A stretch of DNA of 64,000 nucleotides. It comes from Octopus vulgaris. Its lineage: Eukaryota. A model generated the notes under the pieces. The model did not search any database and was not told the origin of the DNA. It saw only the letters and a program-made list of their open reading frames with translations. The stretch lies in the NCBI GenBank assembly GCA_951406725.2, contig OX597827.1:51894001-51958000 (forward strand), written 5' to 3'. The position numbers and the translations under genes were made by a program. Shown here in pieces: positions 1 through 11,962 of this stretch (the first letter of the stretch is position 1; each line of letters begins with the position of its first letter).

Positions 1-129
1 ACAGTGATACCACCACCACTACATATAACAAAACCACCACCACTACCACATATAACTACTTCACTGCCACCACTACATATATACATTTAACAACCACCCT
101 CACTAACAACAACAATCTACATGAGATAA

Positions 130-343
130 CTAGGGTGCCTTTTCGTGGTCACTCAATCTGCTAGAACTAGCAGCCAAATCTCCTTTCAATCACAGCTTAC
201 TCTCTTAAAAATGGAAGGACACATTGAATAATGTAAATCTAAATACACGAAAAAAGAAGAAAAAAGATGAGATAGGCTATTTTGATCACATGTCTGCTGG
301 ATCAGAACTGATTTGGGGCTAAAGGACAACAACAACAACAACA
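130..343 (+). repeat. Dispersed ~200-bp repeat with (AAC)n tail, SINE-like, family unassigned
   Basis: Similar diverged copies at ~58775-58945 (-), ~59335-59530 (+) and ~59900-60085 (+). All share GCTAGAA..AGC..AAATCT...GACAC..TGGATAATGTAGTC. Confidence 0.6.
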
Positions 344-713
344 GTTTATCTATACAGCCATCTTTTCTATGCTTTCATCTTTCTATTGTCCCATATGAAC
401 ATTATCACTGCTACCCACCTCACCATCACTACAGTCACTATCATCTTTAACCCTACCTCTATGTTGTTTATCATTACCACTACCATCACTATGACTTCTC
501 CTACGCCACCACCTATACCAGCAACACTAGCAGGAGCAGCCCCATCACTTATGCTTCCATCATCATTAACAATAGCAGTGTGCTGTTCGATCAATACAGT
601 ACATTAATCAATCAATCAGTGCTGCGATGCTGCCATTTGATTTTACAGGGAGAGGAAGAATGAGAGAAAGAGATAGAGAATATCGATTGAGCAGTATAAC
701 CATGTGTATAGCT

Positions 714-714
714 G

Positions 715-793
<79 letters not shown>
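714..793. repeat. (GT)n microsatellite, representative of dozens of (GT)n, (TA)n, (TATG)n, (GATA)n, (ATC)n and (ATT)n tracts
   Basis: Directly visible. The densest compound tracts are at 32615-33465, 35285-35925, 43740-44050 and 49270-50270. Confidence 0.98.
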
Positions 794-796
<3 letters not shown>

Positions 797-1555
797 TTGG
801 TTTCAATATTGTGAAAGAACAATCTAATATTAACTGAACAACAAAATTATGTGTACATGTGGTTATATAGGTATGTGTGGATACATATGTGTACGTAAGG
901 GTGTGTGTGTGTGTGTGTGTACATGTGAACTTTGTACACTTCAATAAATATGAAATGGCATGCACAGACACACACATGCAACATAAGCACACATACATAC
1001 ATACAAAGGGAACATAAAACACACAAGACAAAGTGGTCTTTTGTGACTATCAGTAATGACATGAATGTTTAATGTCTGACATTTCCATCCTCCACACCCC
1101 AGCAATCTGCAGATAACAGAAATACATACATAAACACTTGTGCACATATATAGCTTCCACTGCCTCTCCTACATCACCAGTATCCAGATTCCACCTTTCC
1201 TAACCTATATCTTCATATTTATTCCTCAGATTGCATCTGGTTTTGTTGCCTATTACCCCTAGAGGGCATATTTGCCTATCCCTTCTCTCCAACCATCCCA
1301 CTACCATCTTCATTATTACTGCTTTTTATTATTATTGTTGTGATTATTATAAATATTATTGATGTTTTTAACTGTTGATGGTATTATAATTGCTACTGTT
1401 ATTATCTTTATTATTATTGACCTGGAGAGGTTGGTCATATAGCCAGAAACAGTAGAGTGCTGAACAAAGCAAAGGAATTCAATGTATTTAGTTTCATTGT
1501 TCTAGGTTTTGAGTTCAAATTCTGCTCAGGATGATATTACTTTTCATTACTTTAA

Positions 1556-1776
1556 CTCTTTCATTACCAATCTGGCTGAAACCGCCTCTGGCTCTGTAGT
1601 ACAAATGTCTTGTTTTCTTAAGTTTTGAATTAAAATCATCCACCAAACCTTAGTCACAATTTACGTTACTGACACTAGCTAAATGGTAACTAAATTATTT
1701 TTCTAAATTCTTTGTCATATTTAAAATAATTGAAAGAAACACAGAGCATCTCAAAATGAATATGGTAATGAAAGGG
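1556..1776. mobile_element. TTAA-flanked MITE (piggyBac-like), nested in a decayed SINE fragment
   Basis: TTAA at 1552-1555 and 1777-1780. TIRs CTCTTTCATTACCA / TGGTAATGAAAGGG (13/14). Confidence 0.75.
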
Positions 1777-2046
1777 TTAAAGTCAAAAGAATTAGCAGCA
1801 AGGGTTAACTCAGCTGACTACAAACCCCAACTTATAAGAATTAGGTCTTTTACTATGTTGAAAGAGAAGAGTTTTGCTTTAATTATAAGTACAAAGGTTC
1901 TCAATTTTAGACAGAAGAAATAACGGAATAATGATTGTCATCTGTTTTCATGATTTATCTAAGTAGGACAAAAGTACATTGTTTAGAACCTTCAGAGCCT
2001 TTCTGTTTTCAGTGGCCTCTAGTGCAGTTTTGGAATAGCCATATCA

Positions 2047-3646
2047 ACTAGAAATCTCTCTCATATTACACAGCAATAGTCTCTTGCCATTAAGAACTTT
2101 AATAAAAACAAAATTGTTTCTTTATATCTCATTAATGTTTTCAACTACATCTGACATACTCAGTTTTTGATTAAATGTATTGTTTTCACCCATCATTAAT
2201 TACTGTATCAAAAGTATCCTAGCAAAATAATTCCATTGCAGTATGTATCAAGCGAGTTCTCCTCATATCTCATTTTATTCAACTCGCACAAACCTCAATG
2301 GTTCACTTATCTTTCTTACTTTCTTCTTACTTTAATCACACTCTACAATCTTCCCTGTCACACATAACTAAAACATACTAACCACAAATATCAAGCTACA
2401 CAATCTCTGAAGGACATACATTTCTATAAATACACACACATTCTGGACTGCATTGAAGTGAAAGAGGTAAAGTCTTTATTCACCAATAATTTGCAATCAC
2501 AGTTATGATAACAGGTCATGCCCATCCACTGTCTCCCTTACCAGTAGTTGCTACTCATCTGAACAGTCTGACACTTTACACTTTCATATAAACTTATTTA
2601 TTGCTATCTTCTCTCCACCTAATGTCCCCACTATTTTGTCTCACTCATTGTTGTTTCTCTCCATCTTGCCCTCTCATTCCAGCAACTAATTTTGTTTTAC
2701 TATACATTTCCAAAGAGTATTAGCAATACAAGTGAACTGAGTTAGCATCAAGCAGAAATTAAAATTGGGACACAAGCTTGCTCTTGTTTATTAGTTGTAG
2801 TCTTTATGAAATGCAGTAGAAGAAAATAGATTAGAGATAAACTCTTCACATATTTTGGTTACAATTTGCTACCATTTTATTGTCATTGAAGCTCCTGTGT
2901 TTCTATCATACTTTAGTTTCCCAAACCCTTCCACAAAGTCACCTCCCTCAATACTGCATTTTCACTCAACCTAGGGGGTCTTGTCTTGCAAGTTACTTGG
3001 TGACCTACATAGTGCCAATGCCATGAAAAGAAGGTACCCTCTGTAAAGTGGTTGGCATTAGATATGGGATCCACCTGTAGAAACCATACCAAAGCAGATA
3101 CTGGAGCTCAACATATTCTGGCTCATCAGATCCTGTCAGACCATCTGACCCATGCCAACATAGAAGATGGACTTTAAATGATGCTACTGCTGCTGCTGCT
3201 GCTGCTTCTACTGTCGCTGTTGCTGCTGCTGCTGCTGCTTCTACTGTTGCTGTTGCTGCTGCTGATGATGATGAGGAGGAGGACGACAACGTAAACCATT
3301 CACACTATTTCCAAGATGAAGATGGGCATTATAAATATCCACTTTGGTTACTATGAAGCCAGATCTATAAGGACTAGAAATCTCTTTTATATTACACAGC
3401 AATAGTCTCTTGCCATTAAGAACTTTAATAAAAACAAAATTGTTTCTTTATATCTCATTAATGTTTTCAACTACATCTGACATACTCAGTTTTTGATGAA
3501 ATGTATAGTTTTCACTCATCATTAATTACTGTATCAAAAGTATCCTAGCAAAATAATTCCATTGCAGTATGTATCAAGAGAGTTCTCCTCATATCTCATT
3601 TTATTCAACTCGCACACACCTCAATGGTTCAGTTATCTTTCTTACT
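2047..3646 (+). repeat. 274-bp direct duplication (2047-2320 and 3373-3646)
   Basis: Near-identical, ungapped copies running ACTAGAAATCTCT...ATCTTTCTTACT. Confidence 0.95.
2978..3183 (+). mobile_element. Old RTE 3'-end derivative
   Basis: GTGGTTGGCATTAG...ACCCATGCCAACAT...AATGATG resembles the 3' UTR of the RTE at 11780-11947. Confidence 0.7.
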
Positions 3647-3834
3647 CTTTCATACACCACACACCAGCAGTCTCTTACTCTTGAAATTTCAGAAAAAGTA
3701 ACGCTCACATCAGCATCTTGTAAAGAATTGGCCCAAATATAAGAATTATAAGCTTTATCCATCACTTCCTCATATCTGTGTCAATGGTTTTTTTCTGATA
3801 CACATTTTATCAGTTCTAGTGTGTGTTCTGTTAA

Positions 3835-4032
3835 CATCATCATCATCTTTATCATTTAACACCTGTTTTCCTTGCTGGCATGGGTTAGGGTTTTTTGGCT
3901 GGAGCTGGTAAGCCAGAGAGCTGCACCAGGCTCCAATAGTCTGCTTTGGTTTAGTCTCTACAGCTGGGTGCTCTTCCTAATGCCAACCACTTTACAAAAT
4001 GTATTGGGTGTCTTTTACATGTCACCAGCAAG
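3835..4032 (-). mobile_element. RTE 3'-end derivative
   Basis: (CAT)n tail followed by the reverse complement of the RTE terminal ~150 nt. Confidence 0.7.
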
Positions 4033-4052
4033 GGTGATTTTTACACGTTATG

Positions 4053-4410
4053 TCTTACTCTTTACTCTTTACTCTCTTTTACTTGTTTCAGTCATTTGAC
4101 TGCGGCCATGCTGGAGCACCGCCTTTAGTCGAGCAAATCGACCCCGGGACTTATTCTTTGTAAGCCCAGTACTTATTCTATTGGTCTCTTTTGCCGAACC
4201 GCTAAGTGACGGGGACGTAAACACACCAGCATTGGTTGTCAAGCAATGCTAGGGGGACAAACACAGACACACAAATACACACACACATACATATATATAT
4301 ATATACATATATACGACAGGCTTCTTTCAGTTTCCGTCTACCAAATCCACACTTGGTCGGCCCGAGGCTATAGCAGAAGACACTTGCCCAAGATGCCACA
4401 CAGTGGGACT
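4053..4410 (-). mobile_element. tRNA-derived SINE with CORE-like block and internal (TG)/(TA) tract, 5'-truncated
   Basis: Reverse complement of the full copy at 14937-15395, with a (GAGTAAAA)n-type tail. Confidence 0.85.
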
Positions 4411-4814
4411 TACGTAAATCAGCTTCTTACTTTTACTACTTATGCAGAAAATACCATATTCTACACTTTTAATAGGGTTTCTCACACAGTTACCATCCAT
4501 CTACATGCAACTGAGAAATTTCATGCCAAGCATGAACAAATGCCTTGAAAACATCTTTTAATGGTGATATAAAAATAGTCTCATATAAAAAGCACCAAAA
4601 TGCTCTTACCAAAATGCAGTGATCAATATGAAAAGTTCAATAAGAGAACATCAAAAACACTGAACTCATGATTCTTGAAAGACCTGCAAATGTCATGAAC
4701 ATTGCTCCTCTTAATTTAAATAAGGATAATGATTAAATTTCTGTGAGAGTTTGGCAGATAGTGCAACAGTGATGTCATGTCCTAATTATAATATCTCCAG
4801 TTATAATAGCTTTA

Positions 4815-5192
4815 TTCTTTTATCCTTTTACTTGTTTCAGGCAATATATCGTGGCCATGCTGGGGCACAGCCTTTAAGAATTTCTTGTTGAATGAATCAA
4901 TCCCAGAACTTAAATTTTTTTACTCTATCAGTCTCTTTTGCCAAACTACTAAATTACAGGGATGTAAACACACCAACACCAGTTGTCAAGTGATGGTGGG
5001 AGGGCAGACACAGACACAAAGACACACACATACACATATATATATGAAGCAGACTTCCTTCAGTTTCTGTTTATCAAATCCACTCACAAGGCTTTGGTCG
5101 GCCTGAGGCTATAGCAGAAGACACTTGCCCAAGATGCCATGCAGTGGGACAGAACCCAGAACTATGTGGTTGGGAAGCAAACTTCTCACCAC
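4815..5192 (-). mobile_element. tRNA/CORE-like SINE, older copy
   Basis: Same family as 14937-15395. Confidence 0.8.
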
Positions 5193-7436
5193 AATATTCT
5201 GAAATAATGCCCAAACATCACATCTTTCTGCTTTCTCAAATCATCAAAGTTTCATTTGATCTAGTGTATTGTAGTGTAATGCTTTGTATTTTCATATATT
5301 ATAATGTAGTATGCTAGAGTGTGATATTTTCTGGTTTCTTATATTATGTTATGGATTGTTGCAGTGATTTATGATGTGTTTCATATGCAGTTGTGCAGCA
5401 TGTTATATTAAATGTTATATGACATGCTGCAGTGCATTGCATTATTATGAGGTGCACAGTAACATTATTTTGTGTGATGCAATGTGTTATAATGTGGTAT
5501 TATGTGATTATGTTGCAGCTTGCCATTTTGTTGCATGACAGGACATGATATGATGTGGTTTGCTTCAGTGAAAAGCAGCATAGTTTATGACACTTTACTG
5601 TACTAAAGCTGGTTTGGTACATGGTACAGTGTCTTCAAGTGCCTGTGTAGTATCATGTAGTTTTATAATAAGTTGGTATATAGTATACTACTAGTGTGAA
5701 TTAAAGCATAAACACAGAACTCTTAATGCATAACTAATTGAATTCACTGCCATGAATATCAATGGCATTAATATGTTATAGACTTCCATAGAAAGGCATA
5801 AGTACAATTGATTATACTGACCCCAAAACACTTAAAACTTGTACTGTTGAATTCATGACTACCACAACATGGACCAAGATACAACCCAGCTGTTGATATT
5901 ACCATTCCACAACAGTTGACATGAAATGGCCTAATGGCTATGGTTTTGAACTACCAGCTCCTAGGTATTAAGTTCAAATCCCACATAACCACACCAATAT
6001 ATCACCACATTACCACACCACCACACTACACTAAGATACCAATATATACCTACACAACAATACTACCATATCACTATACATTGCTACCATTCATGAGCTA
6101 GAACTTAAAACAAAAGCAATAAAGATAGAAAAATCTAAGAAGAGTTTAGAAATACATATAAACCTTATAACATAGGTGATATTAAAGGACAAATAGCAAT
6201 GATAGGGAAGATGGATGATAAGATGGTTCTGCTGCTATATTTGCTTCTGCAGGTGTTACTAGTTTCGTTGCTATTTTGTAATGCCATTTCGCTGCTGCAG
6301 CTGTTACTACTGCTCTAGATATTGCCGTAGTTATAGATGTCGTTATTGTAGCTGTAATAAAATATGATGTGCTCTGGTTGAAATATGAAGCTGTTCCCTT
6401 ATCTTCTACATTTTTTCCAATTAGAACTATAGCCTCGTGAGAAGCAGCAACAGCCATCCTGATTCTTTCATTGTTGTAATCAAATCAAGCACAGAATCAA
6501 AAGCACACAAATCTGTTTATGAATACATAACATGTATATAATTAAGTTAAAACTGATATACTTAAAGAAAGATACATATAAAACACATATATAAAAATCT
6601 ATAGTAGTATAGACAGTATGTGGGTTATATAGATACACATACACAAATGTGCAAACACATTCACACACAGATACATGTGTGTATATACACACACACACAT
6701 ATTAAGAGTGTATATTTAATAGTTCGTCCATCATATTTTAAGCATGTAAAGTACAAAAAATTATAAAATATATCAAATAAATACATAAACAAATAAAGTG
6801 AGAAACAAAGAAAGAGAAGAGGAATAATCTATCAGGTTCATCCATTAATGATCATTGAAGACTTTAACCACACAACGCTCCAATAGGAGATGCATCCATG
6901 CACAGAACAGAGAAATCACTACTGCATTTACCTATATTACACTTTCTATGAACATGAAAGTATGAGAGTGAAGGTATTTCATGGTGGTGGTTGTGTGAGA
7001 CTTTTATCATCACAACAAAATCTGCAACCTGTGGCTATAAGAAGTGTCAACCATCAGTATTCAATGAAGATCATGCAGCATTTCAACAAAGATACAGTCG
7101 TGTAGAGGCCAAGAGAACCACTTCTACCTATAACAGACCTTCCATGAGCCTGAAACTACAAACATGGCAGTAACTTATTGTTGCAGTTGTGCAGAATACC
7201 CCGAGCACCACATACCATTTTTTATCCATTGTTGGAAGTCTATAAGTCTATGCCATACAATCTCCTATTGAAGCTTGACATAGATACTTGACAAGTGCAA
7301 AGACTTTTAAAATGATAAAGAGCTGTACATTTTCTCTCTCATTCTCACATGATACACAAGATAAAGTCAAGGTAGTATAAGAGATTACTAAAAAAGGCTG
7401 AAAAGATTTCCAGACCTGACAGTAATTTGGTGTGTG

Positions 7437-7437
<1 letters not shown>

Positions 7438-7471
<34 letters not shown>

Positions 7472-7700
7472 GTTTAACGTCTGTTTTCCGTGCTAGCACG
7501 GGTTGGACGGTTCGACCAGGGTCTGGGAAGCCAGGAGGCTGCACCAGGCTCCAGTCTGATCTGGCAGTGTTTCTACAGCTGGATGCCCTTCCTAACGCCA
7601 ACGACTCCATGAGTGTAGTGGGTGCTTTTTACTTGCCACCGGCACAGGTGCCAGGGGAGTCTTGCAGCAGCAACGATCGGTTGGTACTTTTTACGTGCCA
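7438..7700 (-). mobile_element. RTE 3'-end derivative, young
   Basis: (CAT)n tail plus high identity to 11760-11947 in reverse orientation. Confidence 0.85.
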
Positions 7701-8138
7701 GGTCGTAAAACAGCATACCAGATGTTTACCCTGCATCATAGCTTCTAGCCTAACATGAAGTTATGCTGTCACCTGCACAAGTCACTCCCACTGGTTAGCT
7801 GCCACAACAACAAAGCTCTGAAGATGAAAATTATTTATTTCTTCCCTGCCTCATTTAAATGGAATGTGAACAGATCACTAAAAATACATATTTAATGTTC
7901 AGAAAAGTCATCCATATTATTGGATAACCATTGATGCTTCAAAGTTCATCTGATCTTTGGCAGGTCTTATTTTTCATCTTGCAGGGTGTCGAAAGCCACC
8001 TACCTCATTGAGCAAGGTTGATGGAATTGTCAGTTAAGCCACAGATGATCCCGCTATGCAACAGAGTGTACTGAGTCACATGGTACCAGGAGCACTTTCA
8101 AGTGACCACATGTAATGGGTTATATATATATAAATATA

Positions 8139-8380
8139 TCATCATCATCATCATCATCATCATCATCGTTTAATGTCCGTTTTCCATGCTAGCATAGGTT
8201 GGATGGTTCGACTGGCGTCAGGGAAGCCAGGAGGCTGCACCAGGCTCCAGTCTGATCTGGCAGTGTTTCTACAGCTGAATGCCCTTCCTAATGCCAACCA
8301 CTCCGTGAGTGTAGTGGGTGCTTTTTACGTGCCAGGGGAGGCTGGCAATGACCACAATTGGTTGGTGCTTTTTACGTATC
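8139..8380 (-). mobile_element. RTE 3'-end derivative, young
   Basis: Same pattern as 7438-7700. Confidence 0.85.
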
Positions 8381-8428
8381 GTTGATATTATAAGTATTAT
8401 ATTCAAGGAAACACAAATGCTGATGGTT

Positions 8429-8461
<33 letters not shown>

Positions 8462-8462
<1 letters not shown>

Positions 8463-11400
8463 GATTTTCTGGGCAGGGAACACTGACGGGGTTGGTGGCG
8501 TGGGTATACTTATCGCTGAGAAATGGGTAGATAAAGTAATTGAGGTAATCAGAGTATGTGACAGAATACTTAAGATTAGATTAGTGCTTCATCATAGTTT
8601 AGCAACCATTATATCAGCCTATGCTCCTCAGTCGGGGCTACCTGATGGACAGAAAGACCGATTCTATGACACTCTACTGCAGACTACCTCGTTGACGAAC
8701 GACAGAGACCTTATCTTTGTGGCTGGTGACTTCAATGGTCACGTTGGACGACATGCTGGGGGCTTCCATGGCGTACATGGAGGCTATGGCTATGGCTCCC
8801 GCAACGAGGAGGGAACCAGGCTGCTGGAGTTCTGCGATGCAAATAATCTTATGATTTGCAACACTAACTTCAGGAAACCTACCAGCCACCTAGTCACTTA
8901 CCAATCGGGCCAACATACCAGCCAAATTGACTACATCCTTACAAGGCAAAGGGAGAGATGGCAGCTTATAAATGCCAAAACCTTCCCAGGTGAAGAATGT
9001 ACCCCACAACATAGACTGGTAGTTAGTGACTTTAGGATCAGGACTAGGAGGACAACCAGAAGACGACAAATATGGAGAAGAAGGATCTGGAAGCTTAAAG
9101 ATCCTGCAAATGGACAGAGATTTAGGGACATATTACTTGAAGCCTCTGACGAAGTAGAAGGGGATAGAGCATCACAGGGGGTAGAAGACAGCTGGACGTT
9201 TCTAAGGGACAACCTGCTGAGAGCCACTGACCAGATCTGTGGCTGGTGCAAAGTCCCCTCTCGACCTAGAATAACGTGGTGGTGGAACAATATTGTAGAC
9301 AGGGCTATTAGAGAAAAGAGACAGGCTTGGAAGGTCTGGAAAAATGGGGGTAGCAGGGGATTGTATCAGACTGCCAAAAGAGAAGCTAGGAGACAGGTTT
9401 ATTTAGCCAGAGGGGAAGCAGATAAGAAAAAATTTGCCAATGTTCTGCGCCGTGAGGACCAAAGACTGGAGGTGTTTCGTGTTGCAAGACAGTGTGTGAG
9501 AGAGAATCGTGATGTGGTAGGAGAGAAGTGTGTTCGCATGGAAGATGGTTCACTTGCGCTAAATGAGGATGCAAAGAGAGAGGTTTGGAGATGCCACTAT
9601 GAAAGGTTGCTGAATGAAGAAAATGAATGGGATAAAGAGAGTCTGCCGAATGTTGACCCAACAGAGGGACCAGCTATCCGAGTTGATAGTTCCGTGGTAG
9701 CTAAGGCAATTAGAAGCATGAAGACAGGGAAAGCCCCAGGCCCATCAGGAATCACTGCAGAGATGCTCAAAATGTCTGGTAGTGTCGGCTATAGCCTAGT
9801 CACCCGTATAGTTAATCAGGTGATACACAAAGGGGTCATACCCAATGACTGGTGTAGCAGTATAATAGTCAACTGCTACAAAGGTAAAGGTGATGCCCTA
9901 GATACAAATAACTACAGAGGTATCAAGCTGTTGGACCAGGTGATGAAGGTTACGGAGAGGGTCATAGCCCAACTAATTAGAGAGAGAGTTAGTTTAGATG
10001 AGATGCAGTTTGGGTTTGTGCCAGGGAAAAGTACTACTGATGCTATATTCCTGGTAAGGCAGCTGCAGGAGAAATACCTAGCCAAAGATAAGCCCCTGTA
10101 CCTGGCTTTTGTTGACATGGAGAAAGCCTTCGACAGGGTTCCCCGATCCCTTATCTGGTGGGCAATGAGGAAACTAGGGATAGATGAATGGTTAGTGAGA
10201 GCTGTGCGGGCCATGTATAGGGACGCCGCTAGTAGGGTGAGGGTTGGAAATGTGTACAGTGAAGAATTCCGGGTAGAGGTAGGAGTCCACCAAGGCTCAG
10301 TACTCAGCCCCCTCCTATTTATCATAGTCCTCCAGGCAATAACGGAGGAATTCAAGACAGGATGCCCTTGGGAGCTCCTCTATGCTGATGACCTTGCTCT
10401 AATTGCTGAGTCGCTATCAGAACTGGAGGAGAAGTTTCAGGTGTGGAAACAAGGATTAGAATCGAAGGGCCTCAGAGTCAATCTAGCTAAAACCAAAGTC
10501 GTAATCAGTAGGAAGGTAGACAAATCACAAACACCTTCAGGTAGATGGCCCTGCTCGATCTGTAGAAAAGGTGTAGGTAGAAACTCTATAAGATGCACCA
10601 AGTGTAAGCTATGGACACATAAGAGATGCAGCAATGTCAAAGGAAGGCTAACTAGGAAGATGGTTTTTGTATGTGGCAGATGCTCAGGAACAATAAACAC
10701 TGAAAATGCTCTGAGACCAACTTCCGTCACTTTCCAGGGAGAAAAACTAGAAATAGTTGATAGTTTCCATTACCTAGGTGACCAAGTCAGCAGCGGGGGC
10801 GGGTGTGCTGAAAGTGTAACTGCTAGAGTAAGAATAGCTTGGGCAAAGTTCAGAGAGCTCTTACCTCTGCTGGTGACAAAAGGCCTCTCGCACAGAGTGA
10901 AAGGCAGACTGTATGATGCGTGTGTACGAACAGCCATGCTACATGGCAGTGAAACATGGGCCGTGACTGCTGAGGATATGCGTAAGCTCGCTAGAAATGA
11001 AGCCAGTATGCTCCGATGGATGTGTAATGCCGGTACTCACACTCGGCAGAGTGTAAGTACCTTGAGAGAAAAGCTGGACCTAAGAAGCATCAGTTGTGGT
11101 GTGCAAGAGAGACGTTTGCACTGGTATGGTCATGTGGCGAGAATGGATGAAGATAGTTGTGTGAAAAAGTGCCACACCCTAGCGGTTGAGGGAACCTGTG
11201 GAAGAGGCAGACCCAGGAAAACCTGGGGCGAGGTGGTGAAGCACGACCTTCGAACTTTAGGTCTCACTGAGGAAATGACTAGAGACCGAGACCTCTGGAA
11301 GTGTGCTGTGCGTGAGAAGACCCGGCAGGACAAGTGAGTCCATAACCCGTGGCCTTCTACATGGGATGGAGCCGGCCTACGTATGCATACCTTCCCTTCT

Positions 11401-11948
11401 TGGGACACAAAACTCTACTTGTGAAGACGTGTTGAGGCAAGTGAGGATCAGAATCGAAATCGATCAATGGAAATTGCGGATGTGCTACCAGTGCCGGTGG
11501 CATGTCAAAACTCTGCTTGTGAAGACCCGTTGAGGCAAGTGAGGATCAGAATCGAAATCGATCAATGGAAATCGATCAATGGAAATTGCAGATGTGTTAC
11601 CAGTGCCGGTGGCATGTAAGAGAACTTTCCGTTTCGCGACCGTTGCCAGCACCGCCCCGTTTCGTGTCCGTTGCCAGCCTCGCCTGGCCCTCGTGCCGGT
11701 GGCACATAAAAAGCACCATCCGTTCGTGGCCGTTTGCCAGCTCTGTCTGGCACCAGTGCGGGTGGCACGTAAAAAGCACCCACTACACTCACGGAGTGGT
11801 TGGCGTTAGGAAGGGCATCCAGCCGTAGAAACACTGCCAGATTTGACTGGGCCTGATGAAGCCTTCTGGCTTCACAGACCCCAGTAGAACCGTCCAACCC
11901 ATGCTAGCATGGAAAACGGACGCTAACGATGATGATGATGATGATGAT
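8462..11948 (+). mobile_element. RTE-clade non-LTR retrotransposon (LINE), 5'-truncated, inserted in a (TA)n tract
   Basis: Single APE+RT ORF, a ~600-nt 3' UTR with repeated GTGCCGGTGGCA(C/T)GTAAAAAGCACC modules, and a (GAT)n tail at ~11928-11948. (TA)n lies on both flanks. Confidence 0.93.
8464..11337 (+). CDS. RTE ORF: APE endonuclease + reverse transcriptase + PHD-type finger; N-terminus missing
   Basis: APE motifs SAYAPQ, GDFNGHVG, SQIDYIL and QHRLV. RT motifs KAPGPSG, NYRGIKLL, QFGF, FVDMEKAFDRV, GVHQGSVLSPLLF and LYADDLAL. RTE C-terminus RLHWYGHV..GRGRPRKTW. The frame is open from 8464, directly after a TAG, so the GTG at 8500 is not a true start. Confidence 0.93.
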   Translation: MFWAGNTDGVGGVGILIAEKWVDKVIEVIRVCDRILKIRLVLHHSLATIISAYAPQSGLPDGQKDRFYDTLLQTTSLTNDRDLIFVAGDFNGHVGRHAGGFHGVHGGYGYGSRNEEGTRLLEFCDANNLMICNTNFRKPTSHLVTYQSGQHTSQIDYILTRQRERWQLINAKTFPGEECTPQHRLVVSDFRIRTRRTTRRRQIWRRRIWKLKDPANGQRFRDILLEASDEVEGDRASQGVEDSWTFLRDNLLRATDQICGWCKVPSRPRITWWWNNIVDRAIREKRQAWKVWKNGGSRGLYQTAKREARRQVYLARGEADKKKFANVLRREDQRLEVFRVARQCVRENRDVVGEKCVRMEDGSLALNEDAKREVWRCHYERLLNEENEWDKESLPNVDPTEGPAIRVDSSVVAKAIRSMKTGKAPGPSGITAEMLKMSGSVGYSLVTRIVNQVIHKGVIPNDWCSSIIVNCYKGKGDALDTNNYRGIKLLDQVMKVTERVIAQLIRERVSLDEMQFGFVPGKSTTDAIFLVRQLQEKYLAKDKPLYLAFVDMEKAFDRVPRSLIWWAMRKLGIDEWLVRAVRAMYRDAASRVRVGNVYSEEFRVEVGVHQGSVLSPLLFIIVLQAITEEFKTGCPWELLYADDLALIAESLSELEEKFQVWKQGLESKGLRVNLAKTKVVISRKVDKSQTPSGRWPCSICRKGVGRNSIRCTKCKLWTHKRCSNVKGRLTRKMVFVCGRCSGTINTENALRPTSVTFQGEKLEIVDSFHYLGDQVSSGGGCAESVTARVRIAWAKFRELLPLLVTKGLSHRVKGRLYDACVRTAMLHGSETWAVTAEDMRKLARNEASMLRWMCNAGTHTRQSVSTLREKLDLRSISCGVQERRLHWYGHVARMDEDSCVKKCHTLAVEGTCGRGRPRKTWGEVVKHDLRTLGLTEEMTRDRDLWKCAVREKTRQDK

Positions 11949-11962
11949 ATATATATATATAT

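Noticed and set aside
1418-1460. CTGGAGA...GAAAC hammerhead-like string
   Set aside because: The core is mutated, and helices I and III cannot be paired convincingly.
6182-6457. 91-aa Thr/Ala-rich minus ORF
   Set aside because: It derives from decayed trinucleotide low-complexity sequence, with no splice signals or domain.
11460-11790. Repeat-spacer-like pattern resembling a CRISPR array
   Set aside because: The units are irregular, lie in a LINE 3' UTR of a eukaryote, and have no cas genes nearby.
8674-11897. Antisense and alternative-frame ORFs over the RTE
   Set aside because: They are shadows of the RTE ORF or of its GC-rich 3' UTR.
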